The translations under genes and the position numbers were made by a program. Under the pieces are notes generated by a model, which saw only the letters and a program-made list of their open reading frames with translations, was not told the DNA's origin and searched no databases. A DNA stretch of 64,000 nt from Flavobacteriales bacterium (GTDB lineage Bacteria > Bacteroidota > Bacteroidia > Flavobacteriales > TMED113): assembly GCA_002701365.1 (NCBI GenBank), contig NZUK01000009.1, forward strand, positions 42,503 through 106,502, given 5' to 3'. Below are positions 48,465 through 58,759 of this stretch, piece after piece; the stretch's first letter is position 1; each line of letters opens with the position of its first letter.

Positions 48465-49223
48465 ATGATTAAAAAAATTACAATTATAGGTTCCGGAAAC
48501 GTTGCGACTCAATTATCACTAGCATTTAAAAGATCTAATATAAAGATTGTTCAAATTATTTCAAGGAATAAAAAAGATGGCAATAAACTTGCAAAAAATT
48601 TAAATACATTATACGAAGAAAACATAAAAAAGTTAATTACTACAGATTTAGTCATTGTATGTGTTAATGATGATGAAATCAAGAAAGTTATTAAATTAAT
48701 GCCTGACATAAAGGTAGTGCACACTTCAGGAAGCACTCATATAAATGTATTTAAAAACAAAACAGAATACGGCGTATTTTATCCTATTCAAAGCCTAAAC
48801 AAGGAAATTGAAATTGATTTTCATAATATTCCAATATGTATTGAAGCAAATAATAAAAAATTTGAAAAACAATTAATTAAATTGGCTAATTTAATAGTTA
48901 ATAATGTTATCTCACTAAAATCCAAAAAAAGAAAACATCTACATTTGTCTGCAGTTATAGCATCTAACTTCTCTAATTTTTCTTATTTAATGGCAAAAAA
49001 ACACCTTGATAACAATAATATAGATTTTAAACTACTTAAGCCTCTAATCATACATACAGCGAATAAAATTATCAATAATGAGCCACTATTGATGCAAACT
49101 GGACCAGCTAAAAGAGGGGATAAAAAAATTATCAATGAACATTTATTGATGTTAAAAGATGAAAATTTCAAAAAAATATATAAATTATTATCTAATAGTA
49201 TATCGAAAGAATATGATAAGTGA
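48465..49223 (+). CDS. Rossmann-like / DUF2520 domain protein
   Basis: MIKKITIIGSGNVATQL is a dinucleotide-binding motif. The C-terminal half contains LMQTGPAKRGD. It sits upstream of kdsC, as in other Flavobacteriia. Confidence 0.7.
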   Translation: MIKKITIIGSGNVATQLSLAFKRSNIKIVQIISRNKKDGNKLAKNLNTLYEENIKKLITTDLVIVCVNDDEIKKVIKLMPDIKVVHTSGSTHINVFKNKTEYGVFYPIQSLNKEIEIDFHNIPICIEANNKKFEKQLIKLANLIVNNVISLKSKKRKHLHLSAVIASNFSNFSYLMAKKHLDNNNIDFKLLKPLIIHTANKIINNEPLLMQTGPAKRGDKKIINEHLLMLKDENFKKIYKLLSNSISKEYDK

Positions 49224-49737
49224 ATATAAAGAACAATTATCTCAAATTAAAGCATTTGTTTTAGATGTAGATGGAGTATTAACAAATGGAGGTCTAATAA
49301 TCTATCCAAATGGGAAATTTTTAAGACAAATGAATGCAAAAGATGGATTTGCAATAAAAACAGCAATTAATCAAGGGTATTTATTGTGTATTATAACCGG
49401 TGGTAGAGAACAAAATATAAAAGACAGATTAGAACACCTAGGAGTCAATAAAGTATTTCTAAATGCGCACAATAAATTACCCCTTCTAAAACAATTTATT
49501 AAAGAATATAATCTAAATAAAAAAGAAATTGTTTATATGGGTGATGATATACCAGATATAGATTGTCTCAAATATGTAGGCATAAGTTGCTGTCCATTTG
49601 ACGCAGTCAATGAAGTTAAAGCAACCTGCAATTATATTTCTCATAAAAAAGGTGGAGAGGGCTGCGTAAGAGATATTATCGAACAAACACTTAAAGTTTC
49701 TAAAAAATGGAATTTAGATGGAAAAATTAAATACTAA
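49213..49737 (+). CDS. kdsC: 3-deoxy-D-manno-octulosonate 8-phosphate phosphatase (HAD-IIIA, KdsC family)
   Basis: HAD motif I is FVLDVDGVLTNG. Other motifs: ITGG and GDDIPD. I prefer the ATG at 49213. Confidence 0.85.
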   Translation: MISEYKEQLSQIKAFVLDVDGVLTNGGLIIYPNGKFLRQMNAKDGFAIKTAINQGYLLCIITGGREQNIKDRLEHLGVNKVFLNAHNKLPLLKQFIKEYNLNKKEIVYMGDDIPDIDCLKYVGISCCPFDAVNEVKATCNYISHKKGGEGCVRDIIEQTLKVSKKWNLDGKIKY

Positions 49738-50302
49738 TATTAACATAATCTTAGGCTCTCAATCTCCAAGAAGAAAGGAGTTGTTAAAATTAATGGGGCT
49801 TGATTTTAAAGTCGAAAAAATAAATATTAATGAAGATTTTCCTACACAATTTTCAGCAACCAAAGCTGCGATCTTTTTATCAAAGAAAAAAGCTAATGCA
49901 TACACAATTAGAAAAAATGACTTGTTAATATGTGCTGACACAATAGTATATTCAGATAAAAATATTTTTGGAAAACCTAACACAAAAAAGCAAGCAGCAA
50001 CAATGTTGCAAGCAATTTCTAACAAAAGGCATTTTGTAGTAACAGGAGTTACAATTAAAATGATAAACAAGGAAGTTTCATTTCACGAAAGAAGTATTGT
50101 TTATTTCAACAAATTATCAAAGCAAGAAATAACATTTTATATTGAAAACTATAATGCCTTAGATAAGGCAGGTGGATATGGAATACAAGATTGGATTGGG
50201 ATAATAGGAATAAAAAAAATTTCAGGATGTTATTATAATGTAATGGGCTTACCGACATCATTAGTTTATAATCAAATAATTAAAATGGCAACATGTTTAT
50301 AG
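49718..50302 (+). CDS. maf: Maf-like nucleoside triphosphate pyrophosphatase
   Basis: Motifs: ILGSQSPRRKELL, CADTIV and AGGYGIQD. Confidence 0.9.
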   Translation: MEKLNTNINIILGSQSPRRKELLKLMGLDFKVEKININEDFPTQFSATKAAIFLSKKKANAYTIRKNDLLICADTIVYSDKNIFGKPNTKKQAATMLQAISNKRHFVVTGVTIKMINKEVSFHERSIVYFNKLSKQEITFYIENYNALDKAGGYGIQDWIGIIGIKKISGCYYNVMGLPTSLVYNQIIKMATCL

Positions 50303-51748
50303 ATAAAAAAAATTTTATTATACTTAGTCCTATTATTACACTTGTTTTGATTCTGTGTTGTAATATGATGTTTTTTGAAAATCCAATTAAAGGACCAAAT
50401 CAAATCGCTTTAATAACAGCAGCTCTTATAGGTTCGATAATAGCGCACAAGAAAAAAGTTAGCTTAAAAGATTTGACTACTGGCATCTACGATAGTATCA
50501 AGTCATCATTAAATGCAATAGTTATTCTCTTAATTATAGGAGGACTAACATCAAGTTGGATATTGTCTGGAATAGTACCTGCAATGATTTACTATGGCAT
50601 TGAATTAATTAACCCTCAATTCTTTCTATTAACTTCATGTATTATCTGTGCAATTGTTTCACTTGCAACTGGCAGTTCCTGGACAACAGCAGCTACTGTA
50701 GGTGTAGCATTAATTGGCATTGGCAATCTATTGTCTATAAATATTGGTCTCGTTGCTGGTGCTATTATTTCTGGAGCATATTTTGGCGACAAAATGTCTC
50801 CGTTATCTGAAACAACTAACTTAGCCCCATCAGTTTCAGGAAGTGATTTAATTAGTCACATTAGGTATATGACTTATACAACTATTCCAAGTATAATAAT
50901 TACACTATTATTATTTTTTTTTTATTGGACTTAAAACCGAATCAACTTTAGTTTCATTAGATGAAATTGATATTTTTTTAAGTGCAATTGATAATAACTT
51001 TTTTATTGGATTTGAATTATTTCTTATTCCAGCCCTAATCATTGTATTAATTTATAAAAAAGTTTCTGCCATTAAAACACTATTGGTAGGTTTAATTACA
51101 GGGGCTATTTTTGCTTATATTTTTCAGATGGAATTAATCACTCAAATAATTATCAATTCAAATAACGATTGGACGGCAACTAACACAAGTATTATAGAGA
51201 CAATTATTAAAAATATTTTTTTGGGTACAGAAATAGATTTATATAATACAGAGATAAATAAATTATTAGAAAAAGGTGGGGTTTTTGGTATGTTATGGAT
51301 TGTTCTATTAGTATTAAGTGCGATGGTATTTGGAGGAGTAATGTATGCTGGGGGGTTTTTAAAAGCAATTACCAATCAACTAATTTCCCGATCATCGTCT
51401 AATATAAAACTTATTGGATCTACTGCAGGATCATGTATGTTTTTTAATATTACAACTTGTGATCAGTATTTAGCAATAGTTGTTCCCGGAAGAATGTTTA
51501 AAGAAATTTACAAAGACCACAAGCTAGACCCATGCAACCTAAGCAGAACTATAGAAGATAGTGGAACTGTTACGTCCGTTTTGATTCCCTGGAATACATG
51601 CGCAATATATCACACAGCAACTTTGGGAGTTAACCCCCTCTTGTATGTACCATTCTGTTTTTTTAATATAATATCACCATTTATGACTTTATTTTTTTCA
51701 TACATGGAGATAAAGGTTAAGAAATTGAATCATGATAAAGAAGAATAA
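50293..51748 (+). pseudogene. nhaC: Na+/H+ antiporter NhaC family gene interrupted by a single frameshift in a T10 run
   Basis: The two track ORFs (50293-50934 and 51083-51748) are the N- and C-halves of one NhaC (GSSWTTAATVGVALIGIG, GAYFGDKMSPLSETTNLAP, then IPWNTCAIYH). Removing one T from the run at 50914-50923 gives a continuous reading: ...TLLLFFFIGLKTESTLVSLDEIDIFLSAIDNNFFIGFELFLIPALIIVLIYKKVSAIKTLLVGLITGAIF... Confidence 0.85.
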
Positions 51749-51893
51749 GAAATTCTATTATAATCCTAGGTTTTTAAAAGAAAAAGCATTTTTCTTCAAA
51801 AAAAAGAAAAAGTATAATTCTAGTTTTATGTTAATTATCATCCTAATAATATTATTTTTGCTAGCATATACCATAATTAATTATCCAGTTTGA
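51732..51893 (+). CDS. Candidate small membrane protein (53 aa)
   Basis: ATG at 51732, TGA at 51891-51893. Translation: MIKKNKKFYYNPRFLKEKAFFFKKKKKYNSSFMLIIILIILFLLAYTIINYPV, a basic N-terminus plus one TM helix. It fills the whole nhaC-mutL spacer. Its stop overlaps the mutL TTG start (tTGA). Confidence 0.3.
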   Translation: MIKKNKKFYYNPRFLKEKAFFFKKKKKYNSSFMLIIILIILFLLAYTIINYPV

Positions 51894-53644
51894 ACAGTGT
51901 TATTAATATATTATCACCTGATGTAGTTAATCAAATTGCTGCAGGAGAAGTCATTCAACGGCCTGCTTCAGTAGTTAAAGAACTGCTGGAAAATTCGATA
52001 GATGCTAATAGTGAAAATATTGAAATAAATATAGAAAATAGTGGAAAGACATTAATTCAAATTATTGATGACGGTAAAGGCATGAGCGAACAAGATGCCG
52101 AAATATGTTTTCAGAAACACACCACTTCTAAAATCAAAAAAACTGCAGATATTTTAAAAATCACCACCATGGGATTTAGAGGTGAAGCCCTCTCTTCTAT
52201 TGCTTCAATTGCAGATGTCGAATTATGTACAAAAACAAATCAAGATAAGATAGGAACATTAATTAATATTAATAATTCTAAAATTAGAAATACTCAGAAA
52301 ATTGCAATAAAAAATGGCACATCCATATCTGTTAAAAATCTTTTTTTTAACGTTCCGGCAAGAAAAAACTTTTTAAAATCTGACACGATCGAAATGAAAC
52401 ATATACTGGAAAGTTTTATGCAAGTTGCAATTTCTAATCACAATGTGTCATTCAAATTAAAAAGTAATAATAAAATTATATATAATCTAAATTCAGCAAA
52501 TTTAAAACAACGTATTATTCAATTATTTGGCAAAAGATATAATGAAAAAGTCCTGACGATTAAAGAGGAGACTAGCATAGTTTCAGTCACTGGTTTTTTA
52601 GGAAATCCTATTGATGCAAAAAGGAGTAGAGGTGAGCAATTTTTATTTATCAATAACAGATTTGTGAGGTCACCATACTTAAATCATGCTATTAAATCTG
52701 CGATGGATAGTATTATTACAAAAGAACAACATCCTGCTTATTTTATTTTTCTATCTATCGAACCTAATTTAATAGATATAAATATTCATCCTAGTAAAAT
52801 TGAAGTCAAATTTGAAGACGAAAATTCAATTTATCAAATACTAAAATCAGCATGCAAAAGATCTATTGGGATGCATAATATTATTCCAAGCCTAGATTTT
52901 GAAGTTGAGGAAAGTTTTGAAATTCCAACATATACTAAAAACACTCCACCAAGAGAACCAAAGTTAAAAATTAACACTTCTTTTAATCCATTTAAAAAAC
53001 AAAAAGAGAAAGACCGATTAAACACAGAACACTTTGACGAACTATTTTCTGAAGAAGTAAGTGATAAAATTGAAAATGCAATGAATATTGATGGTAATTA
53101 TGCCACTTTTGTAATTGTAAATAAACAGCAAAAATCCTTTAATATAGTTGATAAAAAAAAAGCTATACAACGTATTCAATATGAAAAAATTAAAAAAAAA
53201 CTGTCCAACAATAAAATAACAGCACAAACACTTATACAACCCCTGGAAATCAAGATCAATCAATTGCACATAAAAACAATTGAAGAAAATCGAGAAATCA
53301 TAGAATTACTAGGTTATTCAATAAAAGAAATAAATAATAATTTTATTACTATCCAAAGTATTCCTGCGGGTTTAGATAATAATAATACTCAAGCAATAAT
53401 TGAATTATTCATAAAAGAATTACAAGCAAACAACAAATCTATTAAGGAAAAAATCATACATGAAACAGCACTTAAAATATCAAAAAACACTAATCTAAAA
53501 GATTTGACTTTAAATATCTCAAGTCATGAAAGTTTAACATTAATGCTTACTAAATTATTAAAGTGTGATGCACCTTTTATTGCGATTGATGGAGCACCTT
53601 GTGTTATAAATATAGAACCTAATCAATTATTCACTAACCTATGA
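51890..53644 (+). CDS. mutL: DNA mismatch repair protein MutL
   Basis: Motifs: VVNQIAAGEVIQRPASVVKELLENS, DDGKGM and GFRGEALSSI. A TTG start is required by the conserved N-terminus. Confidence 0.93.
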   Translation: MNSVINILSPDVVNQIAAGEVIQRPASVVKELLENSIDANSENIEINIENSGKTLIQIIDDGKGMSEQDAEICFQKHTTSKIKKTADILKITTMGFRGEALSSIASIADVELCTKTNQDKIGTLININNSKIRNTQKIAIKNGTSISVKNLFFNVPARKNFLKSDTIEMKHILESFMQVAISNHNVSFKLKSNNKIIYNLNSANLKQRIIQLFGKRYNEKVLTIKEETSIVSVTGFLGNPIDAKRSRGEQFLFINNRFVRSPYLNHAIKSAMDSIITKEQHPAYFIFLSIEPNLIDINIHPSKIEVKFEDENSIYQILKSACKRSIGMHNIIPSLDFEVEESFEIPTYTKNTPPREPKLKINTSFNPFKKQKEKDRLNTEHFDELFSEEVSDKIENAMNIDGNYATFVIVNKQQKSFNIVDKKKAIQRIQYEKIKKKLSNNKITAQTLIQPLEIKINQLHIKTIEENREIIELLGYSIKEINNNFITIQSIPAGLDNNNTQAIIELFIKELQANNKSIKEKIIHETALKISKNTNLKDLTLNISSHESLTLMLTKLLKCDAPFIAIDGAPCVINIEPNQLFTNL

Positions 53645-54294
53645 CCTATTTTCAAACTCAAAAATTTGAAATCTTACCCACAGTTGTCAAAAACATACTG
53701 ATTCTTAACGGATTGTTTTTCCTAGCCACCATAGCACTTAATAGTATGAACCTTGACCTATATGATATATTTGGTTTACATTATTGGACATCTAATAAAT
53801 TTGAAATTTGGCAAATAATTTCCCATATGTTTATGCATGGTGATTTTACTCATTTATTTTTTAACATGTTTGCTGTTTGGATGTTTGGGGCACAATTAGA
53901 AAACTTATGGGGATCAAAAAGATTTTTAAACTACTACCTATTAACTGGTTTAGGAGCTGCATTTTTACAACTTCTAATAGTACACTTTGTTGAGAAACCA
54001 ATACATCCTGAATGGTGGATACAAAACTATACTATGGTTGGAGCCTCCGGTTGTTTATTTGGGTTACTAATTGCATTTGGATTATTATTCCCCAACACTA
54101 GATTGTTTTTTATATTTATTCCTTTCCCTATAAAAGCAAAATATTTTGTCATGATTTATGGATTCGCTGAATTATTTTCTGGTGTTCAAAATGTGGTAGG
54201 AAATAGTGGGGATAACATAGCTCATTTTGCTCACTTAGGAGGAATGATATTTGGGTTTCTGATAATTAAATACTGGGAATATAATAAATACTGA
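53641..54294 (+). CDS. Rhomboid family intramembrane serine protease
   Basis: Motifs: HMFMHGDFTHLFFNM, the catalytic GASGCLFG, and HFAHLGG. Confidence 0.88.
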   Translation: MTYFQTQKFEILPTVVKNILILNGLFFLATIALNSMNLDLYDIFGLHYWTSNKFEIWQIISHMFMHGDFTHLFFNMFAVWMFGAQLENLWGSKRFLNYYLLTGLGAAFLQLLIVHFVEKPIHPEWWIQNYTMVGASGCLFGLLIAFGLLFPNTRLFFIFIPFPIKAKYFVMIYGFAELFSGVQNVVGNSGDNIAHFAHLGGMIFGFLIIKYWEYNKY

Positions 54295-54297
54295 AAA

Positions 54298-55155
54298 TTG
54301 AATTTTATCAAAGACATATTTAAAAGTGATCCATTAACCAGAATTATATCTTTTAATATTTTAATATTTTGTTGCATTCATCTTTTTATAACAATTTTAT
54401 TTCTATTATTATCTAAAACATCTACTGAAAGTCAAATTGTTCTATTACAAAACTTAGGTCTTTCATCAAACATAATAATACTACTACAAAAACCCTGGAC
54501 TATAATAACATACATGTTTACACATTTTGATTTATTTCATGTTATTATTAATCTTTTTTGGTTATACTTTGGAGGTAAAATATTTATAAGCTATATAAAT
54601 AGCAGTAATTTATTGCCAACATATATTATGGGTGGATTTTCAGGGGCAATTATTTACATATTATCCTTCAATTTTCTTCCAGTTTTTGAGAGTGTTAAAG
54701 TCAATTCTATAGCAATAGGCGCATCTGCATCTGTATTAGCAATTTTATTTGCATCTGCTACATATGTTCCTAATTTTTCTGTCAGAACATTATTCATTGG
54801 CAATATAAAATTAAAATACATCGCACTTATTGCATTAATCATTGATATTTTAAGTATACCAAAAGGGAATGCAGGTGGACACATTGCTCATATAGGAGGA
54901 GCATTTTATGGTTATTTATATATTCACATGAAAAATTCGAAAAAAATTAATACTAATTATTTAATCGATCAAATAATACTGATGTTTGCAAAAAAAACAT
55001 CTTATATACCTAAAAAAGAAAATGACTATCAATATAATGCACGTAAAAAAGAAGAACAAAAAGAAATAGATATCATATTAGATAAAATCTCAAGATCTGG
55101 ATACGAAAGTCTTTCAGATCATGAAAAAAAAACACTATTTAATCAGAAGGAATAA
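54298..55155 (+). CDS. Rhomboid family protein (second, divergent paralogue)
   Basis: Motifs: YMFTHFDLFHVIINL, IGASASVLA and HIAHIGGAFYG. TTG start, with no in-frame ATG nearby. Confidence 0.8.
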   Translation: MNFIKDIFKSDPLTRIISFNILIFCCIHLFITILFLLLSKTSTESQIVLLQNLGLSSNIIILLQKPWTIITYMFTHFDLFHVIINLFWLYFGGKIFISYINSSNLLPTYIMGGFSGAIIYILSFNFLPVFESVKVNSIAIGASASVLAILFASATYVPNFSVRTLFIGNIKLKYIALIALIIDILSIPKGNAGGHIAHIGGAFYGYLYIHMKNSKKINTNYLIDQIILMFAKKTSYIPKKENDYQYNARKKEEQKEIDIILDKISRSGYESLSDHEKKTLFNQKE

Positions 55156-56751
55156 CTATTTTTTTTGCACTTTCTTTAGATCTAGAGTATTCATTCCATT
55201 AATAAACATGCCCTCAATATTATTAGAAACTAATCGAACAACATGATCGTAATAAAGAGGAACGACTACAGACTCTTCAAGCAATAATTTTTCCATTTCA
55301 AAAAACAACCTACATCTTTCATCTTCAGTTTGAGAATTGAAAGATTTTTCATACAAATTGTCAAAAGTAGAATTATGAAAATGCGTATAATTTGGTCCAA
55401 AAGGACTTTTATTTTTAGAGTAAAACAATGATAGGAAGTTTTCTGGATCTGGATAATCACCTATCCATGAAGCTCTAAATAAACTAGCACCAGACGAAGA
55501 AAATAATTTTCTATGAACAGCGGGAGATGAGATTTCAATAGAAATTTTAATGCCAAATTTAGACGCACTATGTTGAATAAATTCGCAAACATCTAAATAA
55601 TCTTGTGTTGTATGTAATTTGATTTCTAAGTCCTTATCAGGAATACCATTTAATAAATTTAAAACAGAATCTGGACTATAAAAATAACCTTGAATGTCGT
55701 AACAATTAGAAAGAATAGATGGAACAAAACCATTACTTGCTGGAGTTACCAGATCATTTCTCAAATACTTTGCCATAATATTTCTATCAAAAGAATAATT
55801 CAAAGCTTTTCTGTAATTTTTAAATCTTAAAGGATTCTTTTCCTTTGTTGCTTTAACAATATTAATACCTAGATATTCTGTATTTAGATAAGGTGTAGTC
55901 ATGAGTTTAAATTGATCTTTATAGTTTACTATCAAACGACCCTCCGAGTTTAAAAACTCATCCTTAAAACTATTATCAAGGCCTGACACAAAGTCAAAAT
56001 TGCCTAAAATAAAATTCATAAAAACTGATTCCTTCTGAGTAATAAATGAAATTGCGACACCTTCAAGATAAGGTAGCCTTACATGATCTTCATCATATTC
56101 AAAATAAAGATTATTCTTGCGAAGAATTAATTTTTCATTTTTTATCCATTTTTTAAAAAAAAATGGACCTGATCCAATTGGATTTTGCGAAAAATTTTCT
56201 CCAAAATATTGAACAGCTTCTTTAGGAACAAAGGAAAAATAACTCATGGACAATAGGCCTAATAATCCAGGAAAAGGCTTGTCAAGGTAGACTTCAAGAA
56301 CCGTATCATTTAATGCGTGAGTTTTCTGAGTATTAATATAATCTAAAACCCAAGCCCCTGGAGATAAGTTATTTATATCATTTAACCTGGAAATACTATA
56401 AATAAAATCTTTGGCAATTAATTTTCTTGTTGAATCTATACCAAAGCATGGTGACTCATGATAAAACACATCATCTCGTAAAATAAAAGTATATTTCAAC
56501 CCATCAAAAGATTGATGCCATGATTTTGCAATCGAGGGTTTTATATTTAAATCTTGATCTAAGATAGTTAAAGTGTTAAAAACTTGATTTACAGCCCAAA
56601 TATTCGACTGATTATTTGCAAATATTGGATCTAAAGATGTAATAGAAGAAGTTTCATTATATCTAAAAATATTGTCGTTAAAATCTTGATTAACACAAGA
56701 CAAGAAAACACATATTAAGAATAATATAAATAAAGATTGAAAATACCGCAT
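55156..56751 (-). CDS. ABC transporter substrate-binding lipoprotein, family 5 (peptide/oligosaccharide type)
   Basis: About 531 aa. The preferred ATG at 56751 gives MRYFQSLFILFLICVFLSC, a lipobox. SBP_bac_5-like blocks are present (LTILDQDLNIKPSIAKSW ... GSGPFFFKKW). The track start at 56790 is TTG and would abut the tRNA. Confidence 0.8.
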   Translation of the reverse strand: MRYFQSLFILFLICVFLSCVNQDFNDNIFRYNETSSITSLDPIFANNQSNIWAVNQVFNTLTILDQDLNIKPSIAKSWHQSFDGLKYTFILRDDVFYHESPCFGIDSTRKLIAKDFIYSISRLNDINNLSPGAWVLDYINTQKTHALNDTVLEVYLDKPFPGLLGLLSMSYFSFVPKEAVQYFGENFSQNPIGSGPFFFKKWIKNEKLILRKNNLYFEYDEDHVRLPYLEGVAISFITQKESVFMNFILGNFDFVSGLDNSFKDEFLNSEGRLIVNYKDQFKLMTTPYLNTEYLGINIVKATKEKNPLRFKNYRKALNYSFDRNIMAKYLRNDLVTPASNGFVPSILSNCYDIQGYFYSPDSVLNLLNGIPDKDLEIKLHTTQDYLDVCEFIQHSASKFGIKISIEISSPAVHRKLFSSSGASLFRASWIGDYPDPENFLSLFYSKNKSPFGPNYTHFHNSTFDNLYEKSFNSQTEDERCRLFFEMEKLLLEESVVVPLYYDHVVRLVSNNIEGMFINGMNTLDLKKVQKK

Positions 56752-56794
56752 ACCTAAATATAAAAAATAATTATCTTTGTGCACCAACAAAAAT

Positions 56795-56868
56795 GGCGAG
56801 GTAGCTCAGTTGGTTAGAGCGCAGGATTCATAACCCTGAGGTCGGGAGTTCAAATCTCCCCCTCGCTA
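56795..56868 (+). tRNA. tRNA-Met (anticodon CAU), elongator type; tRNA-Ile2 (lysidine) not formally excluded
   Basis: Hand-folded cloverleaf. Acceptor ggcgagg / cctcgct (G1-U72 wobble). D arm gctc-agttggtta-gagc. Anticodon arm cagga-ttCATaa-ccctg (A31-C39 mismatch). Variable loop aggtc. T arm gggag-ttcaaat-ctccc. Discriminator A. CCA is not encoded. It lacks initiator hallmarks: no 1-72 mismatch of C-A type and no three G-C pairs at the base of the anticodon stem. Confidence 0.85.
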
Positions 56869-58293
56869 CTATTTGACAAGATTCAATAAATCATTAAAAA
56901 GTGATTTATCACTTGGTCTCTTCGCATTATTATCAATTACTTCTCCATCTTTATTAATTAAAATATACCTAGGTATGCTAGATATTTCAAAATACTTACT
57001 AGCACTATTTGATTCATTAGATGGTGAAATAAAATGATGACCTCTCAAACCTAGCAAATTGATACTTTCTTTCCATTTTTCTTTATCATTATCAATAGAA
57101 ATGTAAATAAACTCGAGTTTTTTTAATTGACGTTTAGTGAATTTTCTTTTTAACTTTTCAGCATGTGGAAATTGTTTACGGCAAGGACCACACCAACTAG
57201 CCCAAATATCAACATAGAGAAACTTGCCTTTAAATTGATTTAAACTTGATTGATCACCAGAAATTGACTCCATAAAAAATGGAGAAAAAGTATTTTTTTC
57301 ATTTTCATCATTTTGCACATTTGCTACTTTTTTCCTATCATAAAAATCTTTAAACATTAAATCAGTGATTTCAGATTGAAAACCATGATTATTTAAATAA
57401 CTTGAAAAATAAAAACATGTATGATCATCTAACACATTCCAAAACTTATGCAAATAATAATTAACAAAACCTATCCAAATATCTTTGGGAACATACATGT
57501 TTAAAAAATCTAAAACATGGACACTAAAAGCATGAAAATTCTGATATTCTTGATTAAATTGATATTTTTGATTATATATCGAAAATAAAATAATTGAATT
57601 GTAAATATAATTTTGAAAAACATTTACATTATAAAAACTGGTATTATTGACGGCTTTTTTAAAAATATGTAAATCTAGTAAGTCCGTTTGTATATCTCTA
57701 TAAGAAGGTATGAGAGCATTAGTATCTTTTTGATAATTGATAAGATAATGACCAATTGCATTAAAATACTCAAGTTCTAAAAAATTTTTAAAAAATTTAC
57801 GACAATAAGGTGAGAATTTTTCATAGAATTTATGTGTTTGAAAAAAACTGACAAAATCATTTGAAATCAAGTTGTACAGAGACACTTCAAATAAATCTAA
57901 ATTTGATTGATCAAATAAGGATTTAATTTGATTTTGCATAGCGAAATACTCATTTAAAAAAAAACTAAAATCTGCGTTTTCTCCAGAAAAAAATACTGAG
58001 TCATTATTGATGATAGATAAAGAGAGATTAGTAGCATTATTTAAGTAGAAATAGTGTTTTTTTTTATTATAAATGACATGAAATAAATTAGACAATGTAG
58101 TATCAAAAAATAAATTTGTATCACGAGTCACTATTATCAACTCATTTTCTGTAAGATTTGACTGAAATAAAGTTACAGAATCAACGTTGTTCAAATTGAT
58201 AGAAATATTAAAATCTTGTTGTGAAAAAACACTATTAGAAATAATGAAACACATAATTAAATTTAAATTCCTAAACATATAATTAAGATACAT
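56869..58293 (-). CDS. Thioredoxin-fold thiol:disulfide oxidoreductase (TlpA/AhpC-TSA-like) with a large N-terminal domain
   Basis: The C-terminal domain has FLYVDIWASWCGPCRKQFP (CxxC). It has a signal peptide. An alternative ATG lies at 58278. The stop codon abuts the tRNA 3' end. Confidence 0.8.
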   Translation of the reverse strand: MYLNYMFRNLNLIMCFIISNSVFSQQDFNISINLNNVDSVTLFQSNLTENELIIVTRDTNLFFDTTLSNLFHVIYNKKKHYFYLNNATNLSLSIINNDSVFFSGENADFSFFLNEYFAMQNQIKSLFDQSNLDLFEVSLYNLISNDFVSFFQTHKFYEKFSPYCRKFFKNFLELEYFNAIGHYLINYQKDTNALIPSYRDIQTDLLDLHIFKKAVNNTSFYNVNVFQNYIYNSIILFSIYNQKYQFNQEYQNFHAFSVHVLDFLNMYVPKDIWIGFVNYYLHKFWNVLDDHTCFYFSSYLNNHGFQSEITDLMFKDFYDRKKVANVQNDENEKNTFSPFFMESISGDQSSLNQFKGKFLYVDIWASWCGPCRKQFPHAEKLKRKFTKRQLKKLEFIYISIDNDKEKWKESINLLGLRGHHFISPSNESNSASKYFEISSIPRYILINKDGEVIDNNAKRPSDKSLFNDLLNLVK

Positions 58294-58366
58294 GATTTAT
58301 AATTTCCATATATACAAATAAAATTATAGTAAAAAAATGTATATTGAAAAAAATAATAATTCACAG

Positions 58367-58738
58367 ATGATAAAATACGAATTAGAATTTCAAATTAGGT
58401 CATCAGTTGGTATTCTTTTCAACTGCCTAAGTACCCCAAGCGGACTATCAGAATGGTTTGCTGATGATGTTAATTGTAATCGCACCACATATACGTTTAT
58501 TTGGGGAGAATCTGAACAAGACGCAGAACTAATTACAATATCAAAGAATCATTTTGTCAAATTCCGTTGGACAGACCTTCCTGATAACACGTTTTTTGAA
58601 TTTAGAATTGATGTTGATGGAGTGACAAATGACGTAACACTAAAGGTGATTGACTTTGCAGAAGAAGATGAAGTTGAAGAAGGTAAAGATTTATGGACTA
58701 GCCAAATCAATACATTAATGAAACAACTTGGTTCATAA
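58367..58738 (+). CDS. START-like / SRPBCC (Aha1-like) domain protein
   Basis: MIKYELEFQIRSSVGILFNCLSTPSGLSEWFADDVN...FIWGESEQDAELI...VKFRW matches the flavobacterial START-like family. I prefer the ATG at 58367 to 58337. Confidence 0.7.
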   Translation: MIKYELEFQIRSSVGILFNCLSTPSGLSEWFADDVNCNRTTYTFIWGESEQDAELITISKNHFVKFRWTDLPDNTFFEFRIDVDGVTNDVTLKVIDFAEEDEVEEGKDLWTSQINTLMKQLGS

Positions 58739-58759
58739 TTTTATAATATTGTTTACAAA

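Noticed and set aside
56795-58400. Checked the tRNA gene as a possible integration site of a mobile element
   Set aside because: There is no integrase, transposase or phage-like gene, and I saw no duplicated copy of the tRNA 3' end downstream. Flanking genes are ordinary envelope and redox genes.
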